Shown one piece after another: positions 57,167 through 64,000 of a stretch of DNA of 64,000 nt. The notes under the pieces were generated by a model. It did not search any database, was not told the origin of the DNA, and saw only the letters and a program-made list of their open reading frames with translations. The DNA is from an uncultured virus (IMG/VR IMGVR_UViG_3300020727_000006) (Duplodnaviria; Heunggongvirae; Uroviricota; Caudoviricetes), in IMG/VR virus record IMGVR_UViG_3300020727_000006. One strand, 5' to 3'. Position numbers and translations under genes: made by a program. Numbering within the stretch: position 1 is the stretch's first letter; each line of letters starts with the position of its first letter.

Positions 57167-57647
57167 TGAAGTAACTTCAAAGTTAATTGAATATAAAGTA
57201 TCAACTCGCCATAAAAAAAGTGTTACAGAGATTGAATATTTTGTAAAAGATGGCAAAACTATTTCTTATAGCACAGGTTGGCGTTGGGGGTATGTGACGC
57301 TACTTGTTCCGCAAGGTGTTGACCTTGCCGCCGAACTTGATGCAGAAAATAACGAAGAAGTTGAAATTGATGGTCTTGGGTATGATATCAATGACCGTGA
57401 AATGGACGATGGTTGTTGGGATGATTGGGATTATGGTGATCTTGACGATGAGGCAATTGCTGCCATTGACGAAGCCGTAGAAGAAGATGGCAGTGCATAC
57501 GGTGCCCTAGTTGATGTTTTAGGCTGGGATCAGCACGATAGTATATTGGTGTTCAGTGGTCCGCTAGATATTGAAAACATGGGCGAATATGTTCCATATG
57601 TTTATACTCCAACCGAAGAAGAAGGTGAAGACGATGTACAAGATTGA
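57159..57647 (+). CDS. acidic hypothetical protein
   Basis: 162 aa; GWRWG, DDGCW. Confidence 0.7.
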   Translation: MTDEVTSKLIEYKVSTRHKKSVTEIEYFVKDGKTISYSTGWRWGYVTLLVPQGVDLAAELDAENNEEVEIDGLGYDINDREMDDGCWDDWDYGDLDDEAIAAIDEAVEEDGSAYGALVDVLGWDQHDSILVFSGPLDIENMGEYVPYVYTPTEEEGEDDVQD

Positions 57648-57879
57648 AATTAGTGACGAAACCGCAGAAAGCATGTTCCGTGATATTCTTGTTGAAGACT
57701 ATCGCCGTATTCGTAGCGATATCTATGATTTGACTAACCGTGCAGTTGAAAAGGGAGAATTGAAACCTTTTGAACAAGAAGACCTTGAAAATAACAAGCA
57801 GTACTTTGAAGCTATAAAGGTTATGCTTGGTTATTACCTGCCACTAAGTGATGCAGAAGCAATTATTGGTGAAGCATGA
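57634..57879 (+). CDS. hypothetical protein (start revised to MYKIEIS)
   Basis: AGGTG SD; operon-packed. Confidence 0.6.
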   Translation: MYKIEISDETAESMFRDILVEDYRRIRSDIYDLTNRAVEKGELKPFEQEDLENNKQYFEAIKVMLGYYLPLSDAEAIIGEA

Positions 57880-58136
57880 AGATTGTTAAAAAACTTGATG
57901 AAATTGCAGAAAATTGTGAATGGGGCGAGCGTTCACCTGTCAGTGGAATTTCTACTTGGCCAAAGGAAACTACGGTTGAGTGGAAGGCTGCTGATATTAT
58001 TACACTGGCAATGCGAGAACTTACCGTTATCAGTGAGATGAATGAAGCGGTACCAGCCGAAGCAATTCGTCATAGTGCCAAAATTGCAATTGCTCAATTA
58101 ATGGAGTTAGCTAATGCCGAAGACTTGGACGGCTGA
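57876..58136 (+). CDS. hypothetical protein
   Basis: ATGA overlap. Confidence 0.6.
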   Translation: MKIVKKLDEIAENCEWGERSPVSGISTWPKETTVEWKAADIITLAMRELTVISEMNEAVPAEAIRHSAKIAIAQLMELANAEDLDG

Positions 58137-58293
58137 ACTAATTGAAGACCTAGAAACTAAAGAACTCCTTCTTACATTTCCAGAAGATGTAATCAAAGAA
58201 CTAGAATGGGAAGAAGGAACACTGCTTTGTTGGGAAATTATGACTGACAATACGATTGTTATCAAAAAGAAAGAAGATATTGAAAAAGTTTAG
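58114..58293 (+). CDS. AbrB/MazE/SpoVT-like DNA-binding protein (59 aa, not in ORF track)
   Basis: LLLTFPEDVIKELEWEEGTLLCWEI..NTIVIKK; GGAG SD. Confidence 0.7.
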   Translation: MPKTWTAELIEDLETKELLLTFPEDVIKELEWEEGTLLCWEIMTDNTIVIKKKEDIEKV

Positions 58294-59008
58294 TCATATC
58301 TATTTGGTAGGTTGCAGCTATATGAACAGTTATGCTGCAACCAAGCCGCTAACACAAATTACAGATTACTTTGGCGGAGAATTGGTTGACATAACCAAAG
58401 CTGCCACTGGGTTTGATTATCATGAACGAAACCTTTTCAATCGCATGTTAATAGATAAACCAGAAAAAGCACTTATTATATGGGGATTGAGTTTCTGGCA
58501 TAGGTTTGAACTTGGTTATCGTGATATCAAAGATCGTCGAACGGTTGATTATATTCAATTTAATCCTAGTAGCATAATTCAAAATTCAATGGCAAGGGAC
58601 TTTGGATTTCATCATGATGAATTAAAATTTTTACCAGAACAGTTGTTTAAACATAAAACTTATGTCACTGATCCGTATATAGAAAAACATTTTCGTGATT
58701 TAAGCTATATTAGCGGATGGCTTAAAAACAATAATCATGAACATATTATTTTTAACTTTGCAGATGGCGGATATCCAAAATTCTTAAAACAAAATCCAAA
58801 TTATAATGCATTATTTGATAAAAATGCAGGTTTTGTTGATTTAAAAAATTTTCAAATGAATCGTTGGTTATTTGATAATGGTGTAGAACCAGACCCTGAA
58901 AATTTAAAAATTATAACCAGAGATGTATGTCATCCAGTAGTAGATGAAAATTTAAAAAAAATCATGTCAACTTGGATAATTGAATATTACGAGGAAAATT
59001 TAAAATGA
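58280..59008 (+). CDS. SGNH-like protein (start uncertain)
   Basis: LVGCSY, IIWGLS...RFE, C-terminal CHP. Confidence 0.55.
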   Translation: MKKFSHIYLVGCSYMNSYAATKPLTQITDYFGGELVDITKAATGFDYHERNLFNRMLIDKPEKALIIWGLSFWHRFELGYRDIKDRRTVDYIQFNPSSIIQNSMARDFGFHHDELKFLPEQLFKHKTYVTDPYIEKHFRDLSYISGWLKNNNHEHIIFNFADGGYPKFLKQNPNYNALFDKNAGFVDLKNFQMNRWLFDNGVEPDPENLKIITRDVCHPVVDENLKKIMSTWIIEYYEENLK

Positions 59009-59211
59009 AATACGCATTGACAATTGCTGCTGCTGTGCTATTATGTAGTTGTATGAAGACCACTGATTATGTTTTGCCGCAATCTCCTGTTGCAGCAGAA
59101 CGCAAGCCGCTTACTGTGCCTCATCGTGATTGGCTTGAAAGTGGATGTTGGTTTAAGAGTGAAAATGGCAAAGATGTGAAAGTATGTCATGAAAATTCAA
59201 ATAGTAAGTGA
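59005..59211 (+). CDS. small lipoprotein
   Basis: Signal with lipobox LLCSC; GAGG SD. Confidence 0.6.
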   Translation: MKYALTIAAAVLLCSCMKTTDYVLPQSPVAAERKPLTVPHRDWLESGCWFKSENGKDVKVCHENSNSK

Positions 59212-60016
59212 TTTACATATGGAGTTTAGAAAAGAACTCCCACCTATCAAGAATATAGGCAGTGATGTTCTTGTTCTTGCTGGCGATATTTGTGTAGCAC
59301 ATCATCTATATCGTCATCCTCGTGGTTCTCTTCCCAACAATGCCGAAAACGGTCACAAGGCTGCGCTATGTCGTGAGTTCTTACAGTATTGCAGCGATAA
59401 TTGGGAAAAAGTTATTATGGTTGCGGGAAATCACGAGTTTTATAGTGGTGATTGGGAAAAAGTTACTGACATTATGCGTGAAGAAACGCAGCACTATCCA
59501 AATATCTCATTCTGTGATCAGGATCGTGTTGATTTAGGCGATGTAACATTTCTTGGAGCAAGTCTCTGGACTAATTTTAATAATGGTGATCCTCTTACTA
59601 TGATGTCAGTAAAGGATTTAATGAGTGATTATCATGCCATTACTGAAAATCCAAAGGAAGGAATATATCATAAGTTGCGTCCAGTCACCACTTTTGCCAA
59701 ACATAACAGTGATTTGGATTGGTTGCGCACTCAACTATCTTTGCTAAAAGACCGCAAGGTAGTGGTAGTTACACATCATCAGCCAAGTTTTCGCAGTGTG
59801 CATGAAAGATTCAAAACGCAAACTATTATGAATGGAGCGTTTTGTAGTAACCTTGATGATTTTATTATAGATCATCCGCAGATAAAACTGTGGTGTTCAG
59901 GTCATGTTCATAATACTTGGGATTATATGATTGGTGAAACCAGACTTATAACCAACCCATTTGGATATCCAGGTGAAAATACAGAATGGGATGCTAGTTT
60001 GATGGTAGAAGTTTAA
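59189..60016 (+). CDS. calcineurin-like metallophosphoesterase
   Basis: SDLH, AGDI, GNHE, THH, GHVH, NP.GY. Confidence 0.9.
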   Translation: MKIQIVSDLHMEFRKELPPIKNIGSDVLVLAGDICVAHHLYRHPRGSLPNNAENGHKAALCREFLQYCSDNWEKVIMVAGNHEFYSGDWEKVTDIMREETQHYPNISFCDQDRVDLGDVTFLGASLWTNFNNGDPLTMMSVKDLMSDYHAITENPKEGIYHKLRPVTTFAKHNSDLDWLRTQLSLLKDRKVVVVTHHQPSFRSVHERFKTQTIMNGAFCSNLDDFIIDHPQIKLWCSGHVHNTWDYMIGETRLITNPFGYPGENTEWDASLMVEV

Positions 60017-60285
60017 TCTTCTACCTCTGCCACATAATATCCGCAACCCTCATGTTTATCAAATGCCATTAGTGAACCTACTTCGGGATAACGGCGGCAA
60101 CCATCTGGTCTGGTTTCATAAATTGTGCAAGATAAATTTACTTGGTCAAAGTATTCACACCAAGATTCTGTATAATTAACTGCATCAGTATAATTTCTAA
60201 ATTTGCAGCAATTACCGCCACATGCTTTTGGTGTGCAACTACCTTTAATAACAAGATTATGCCACTTGCTTTGTATCATGTCCAA
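60013..60285 (-). CDS. YkgJ/CxxCxxCC-family cysteine-cluster protein
   Basis: C...CGGNCC, CEYF, CTIYETRP..CR.YP. Confidence 0.8.
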   Translation of the reverse strand: MDMIQSKWHNLVIKGSCTPKACGGNCCKFRNYTDAVNYTESWCEYFDQVNLSCTIYETRPDGCRRYPEVGSLMAFDKHEGCGYYVAEVED

Positions 60286-63200
60286 GCAAAATAATTTATA
60301 GTAGTTGCGGCTGGTGTAATGCCAGCACCACTAAAATTATGAAATTGTATGCTTAAAGTATTCAACGAACTTGCGTATGCTGCGCCAATGATAACACCAT
60401 AGGATTGGTCTGCTGATGGAATAACAACAACTCTATGACTTGTGGTTAAACCAGTAAGCGTAAATGTTTGTGTGCTTGTGCTATTTTTACCAATAGCACC
60501 TGGTGTTATTGATAATTGACCTGCAAGGATATTAGAAGCAGCAACAAGGTTATTTGCTTTGGAAGCAGTTCCACTTAAATTACCTACAAAGTTGCCACTG
60601 GTTGAAGCATTACCAACTGTCAAGTTTCCACTAACTGTGCTGTTGCCAGTAACAGAAAGTGTATTAACAACTTCTGTGTTTGTAACAGTTAAGTTGCCAG
60701 CACGAATATTACCACTATATGTTGTTAAGTATGCAGCAGTTACTGTATTGGCATTAGTTCCAAGACTGCTAATAGCACTATTAGCAGCCGTCACATTAGC
60801 GTTGATAGTTGTAATGTTATTAGTATTAGTTGTAATAGCACTATTGGCAGCAGTGATATTTGCCTGATTAGAAGTAATAGCACTATTTGCTGCTGTAATG
60901 TTTGCCTGATTAGAAGTAATAGCACTATTTGCTGCTGTAATGTTTGCTTGATTACTTGTAATTGCGCTATTTGCTGCCGTCACATTGGCATTAACAGTTG
61001 TGATTAGATTTGCTTGTGTTGCCGCATTTGAAGTAAGTGTAGAAATTGCACTATTTGCCGCAACAATGTTTGCATTAATAGTTGTAATGTTATTTGTATT
61101 AGTTGTAATTGCGCTATTAGCAGCCGTTACATTAGCATTAATGGTAGAGATTGCGCTATTAGCAGCCACGACATTAGCATTTGTTGAAGCAATTGCGCTA
61201 TTAGCAGCAGCCACATTAGCATTAAGTGAAGCAAATGCCTGGTTGTTTGCAAGACCGCTCATTAGGCTTGCATTACCAAAATGATAGTTTGCTGAAATAT
61301 TACCAGTAAGCGCAATACCAGTTCCATTAACATAGGTTAGGGAGGTATTGCCATTTATTTGTAACTTGCTGGTACCATCATCAACCGCACCAAGTAACCA
61401 ACGACCACTATAAATTCTGCCTGCTTCATTTGCTGCAAGTGTTCCACCAGTATGGAATACAACTGCCTTTTGTGTAGTCTGTGTTCCAATGGTTAGATTA
61501 CCACCATTTGTATAAACATAACCATCAAGTGGATATTGTAGTGTAAAACCAGGATCAGCATAGCCGCTGCTATTGATACCCATATCAATAAAGTTTGTAG
61601 ATGCACTGCCAACATCAGCAGCAGCAATATAATCGGTGCTTGCTGCACTCAAGTTAGAAATATTTTGCGTAACAGTCTGTGCATAAGAGTTGGCGTTGCT
61701 TGTAAATTGTGCAATTGTGTTAAAGTCAATAATTGGTTGAATACCAACACTTAATTCGCCAGTTACATATGCATTGCCAGCATACATATTTTTCCAAACA
61801 CGAGTAGCATTACCAAGTGATTGTGCAAGCGTAGTAACAGGAACCATATCTATGCTGCTAATCCATGCCGTTTGCGAATCACTATACAATAGATGCGCAT
61901 AATCAACATTACCGATAACAATGCCAGCGCCATCAGCAGCGCCACTAGTTGCAGCATTTGCAGCAAGAGTAAGCGTTAATCCACTTACAGTCTGTGCTGT
62001 GCTAAATGTAGTTGTAGTAGTTCCCTTAACATTCAAGTTACCATAAACAATTAAGTTACCAGCAATAGCACTATTTGCAGTTGCAGCAGTAGTATTGATA
62101 GTATAAGCACTAATATTGCCAACTGCCACATTACCAAAATTGTCACGAGAGACAATTGTAGATGGTTGGTTGCTTGGCGTAGCATCGGATGTTAGGTTAA
62201 GATAACGAACAGAACCAACATAACTTGTGCTGCCTGTGATATGACCGCCATTATTAATAGCACCAAAGGCAGCAGTGGTTTGCACCGAACCATCATTAAA
62301 TGCAATATTAGCAGTTCCACTTAGCGTAATTTGGTTATTAATAAAGAATGGACCATTTTGTGTGCGGATACCATTATCAGTAACATTACCACTGCGGAAA
62401 GTATCACCAAAAACATAAAAAGCACCAGTCTGTGTAGTAGTTCCAGTAAAATTAGTTGTTCCGAAACTTGCAGCAGCACCAGTGGTGTTAATATTTCCTA
62501 CAAAATAAACATTGCCATTTAGCGTAGATGTTCCATTTGATGTAAAGGCACCAATTAGATTAGTAGTGCCGCTGGCAATAATATTACCAGTCATTAGCGT
62601 GGTGCCTTGATTGATACTGTTGCCTACTACATAAGAGTTGCCTTGCGTGGTAATATTGCCTTGAATATTAAGGTTGGCTTGAAAGAATGAACTTGCAGCA
62701 ACAGTAATTGGACCAGTGAAACTTGTATTACCAGTATGCACAACATTACCTGTAAAGGTAGTTGTTCCAACACTTATACTATTACCAGTTTGTGTAATAT
62801 TTCCTGTTTGAAGAATATCACCGTAAAAATATGATGCACCAGTATTAACTGCTGTGCCAATAATATTAACATTCGTTAAATTAACATTGCCACCATCAAA
62901 GGATGCGGTTTTAGTGAGTGTAGTAGTTCCAATTGGTGTAGTCCAGATTGAAATATTACTGCCAGCATTTGATGGAGTTTGTGCTTCTGTGGTGGTCATA
63001 CGAATATGAGCAATGCCACCAACAGGTGCTAACACACCATTATAAGCAGTGCCGCCATAACGAACCATATCTTCGCCAGCACCTACCGCATACGGCGTAT
63101 CTACGGTATTATCATATCTACGACCAGCATACAGTGCATAGTTACCAAAGGCATCATTATATACCTTTGATGATAGTGTTCCTTGACCAGTGATATGCAG

Positions 63201-63635
63201 CATAACACCAGTTGAAGTTGGATTAATGATTGTGCCACTTGCGCTACCAATAATATCAATTCCGCTATCGGTGCTGTTTTGAACTGGTGTATAAAGATTA
63301 AGTGTGCCGTTTTGTAGCGTTTGAATAATAGGTTGATTAGAAGTGTTTGTAACTACGAACTCACCAAGAATATTAACAGTTCCCGTGCCAGTAGTATCAA
63401 TATTGATATTAGCATTGGGAGTAATAGTGGATATAGTAGTATTAGATATAGAAAGATTACCAACATTGGCACTGTTTGTAGCAACATAAACTGGAATACC
63501 ACCGACAGTATGACCATCAGTTAAGCGCAATTCACCTGTGCTTGTGTTATAGAATAATTGGCCAGCCTCGCCAACAAAGCCAGCAAATCCAACGGTATTA
63601 ACACGACCTGCCTTAATTTTGGCTAACTGGCTCAT
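60276..63635 (-). CDS. tail fibre / long virion appendage protein
   Basis: G..GQLFYNT.T..LRL.DG.T.GG N-terminal module, G-N-x beta repeats, coiled-coil repeats; T/N/A/G-rich. Confidence 0.8.
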   Translation of the reverse strand: MSQLAKIKAGRVNTVGFAGFVGEAGQLFYNTSTGELRLTDGHTVGGIPVYVATNSANVGNLSISNTTISTITPNANINIDTTGTGTVNILGEFVVTNTSNQPIIQTLQNGTLNLYTPVQNSTDSGIDIIGSASGTIINPTSTGVMLHITGQGTLSSKVYNDAFGNYALYAGRRYDNTVDTPYAVGAGEDMVRYGGTAYNGVLAPVGGIAHIRMTTTEAQTPSNAGSNISIWTTPIGTTTLTKTASFDGGNVNLTNVNIIGTAVNTGASYFYGDILQTGNITQTGNSISVGTTTFTGNVVHTGNTSFTGPITVAASSFFQANLNIQGNITTQGNSYVVGNSINQGTTLMTGNIIASGTTNLIGAFTSNGTSTLNGNVYFVGNINTTGAAASFGTTNFTGTTTQTGAFYVFGDTFRSGNVTDNGIRTQNGPFFINNQITLSGTANIAFNDGSVQTTAAFGAINNGGHITGSTSYVGSVRYLNLTSDATPSNQPSTIVSRDNFGNVAVGNISAYTINTTAATANSAIAGNLIVYGNLNVKGTTTTTFSTAQTVSGLTLTLAANAATSGAADGAGIVIGNVDYAHLLYSDSQTAWISSIDMVPVTTLAQSLGNATRVWKNMYAGNAYVTGELSVGIQPIIDFNTIAQFTSNANSYAQTVTQNISNLSAASTDYIAAADVGSASTNFIDMGINSSGYADPGFTLQYPLDGYVYTNGGNLTIGTQTTQKAVVFHTGGTLAANEAGRIYSGRWLLGAVDDGTSKLQINGNTSLTYVNGTGIALTGNISANYHFGNASLMSGLANNQAFASLNANVAAANSAIASTNANVVAANSAISTINANVTAANSAITTNTNNITTINANIVAANSAISTLTSNAATQANLITTVNANVTAANSAITSNQANITAANSAITSNQANITAANSAITSNQANITAANSAITTNTNNITTINANVTAANSAISSLGTNANTVTAAYLTTYSGNIRAGNLTVTNTEVVNTLSVTGNSTVSGNLTVGNASTSGNFVGNLSGTASKANNLVAASNILAGQLSITPGAIGKNSTSTQTFTLTGLTTSHRVVVIPSADQSYGVIIGAAYASSLNTLSIQFHNFSGAGITPAATTINYFAWT
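60770..61225 (-). repeat. tandem 14/21-aa coiled-coil repeats (NANVTAANSAI); three near-identical 42-bp units at 60834-60959
   Basis: Visible in both DNA and protein. Confidence 0.9.
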
Positions 63636-63642
63636 TTAATTT

Positions 63643-63987
63643 TTAACTCTCTATTTCTTCATCGCTCGCAATATGTGCTACGATAGGATGTATGCCAGCA
63701 TTACGCTTGATAATAGCAAGTTCATCGTCTGGTTGTTCTTCTGCACTATCATCATACATTGAATCTACGCCAGCAACTTTCTTTAGCAACTCAATCTTCT
63801 GCTGTAGTGGAGGCACCATTACACCGCCAGTTTCATCACTGGTATGTTCATCTTCTGGAAAATCGCCAGTAGGCTGTGGAGCAAGAACTGCTGTAAGTTT
63901 AGCACCTTGCGGAGCAGCAGCCTGTGCTGGTTCGTTAATTTGTGTTAAAACATCTATTAGTTTGCGGATAAGTTCTGCGGCTTCCAT
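63643..63987 (-). CDS. acidic putative head protein with LAG-like motifs
   Basis: MEAAELIRKLID, MVPPLQQKIELLKKVAGV, IIKRNAGI. Confidence 0.65.
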   Translation of the reverse strand: MEAAELIRKLIDVLTQINEPAQAAAPQGAKLTAVLAPQPTGDFPEDEHTSDETGGVMVPPLQQKIELLKKVAGVDSMYDDSAEEQPDDELAIIKRNAGIHPIVAHIASDEEIES

Positions 63988-64000
63988 AGGTAAATCCTGT

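Noticed and set aside
60770..61225. CRISPR-like or DGR repeats
   Set aside because: In-frame coding repeats with no spacers; no cas or reverse transcriptase gene in the window
1..64000. Stop-codon reassignment
   Set aside because: Code 11 gives dense full-length genes; TAA, TAG and TGA all end genes

Overview
AT-rich segment of a large T4-related (myovirus, likely jumbo-class) phage genome in the standard genetic code. The host is probably an alphaproteobacterium, judged from a Rhizobiales-type porin, TTGACA-N16-TGn-TAnnnT promoters and PhaR-like boxes. Left to right: (i) replication/recombination genes (mini DnaE-like protein, gp62-like clamp-loader subunit, UvsW, AAA ATPase, UvsY, RecA/UvsX, gp32 SSB) flanking a tRNA-Ala(UGC), a candidate late sRNA and a ~10 kb GDP-sugar/methyltransferase/glycosyltransferase cluster; (ii) a morphogenesis block (large acidic head-core-like protein, TerL, putative head-internal proteins with T4-like capsid-targeting N-termini, GIY-YIG and HNH endonucleases, TerS-like protein, gp4, tail tube, 1097-aa sheath, dNMP kinase, gp13); (iii) an accessory/early region (B12 and other radical SAMs, GGCT, porin, Bax glucosaminidase, SutA-like protein, GT-like paralogs, nucleotide-sugar dehydrogenase, SGNH-like proteins, phosphoesterase); (iv) a repeat-rich tail fibre. 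Leading candidates for new biology: an N-terminal capsid-targeting plus 'kLAGl' motif system on head cargo, a branched-sugar glycosylation pathway, a PhaR-box/DUF3563/sRNA locus, a candidate antisense RNA over the homing endonuclease start, and pervasive leaderless transcription. All family assignments come from motif recognition by eye; no searches were run.
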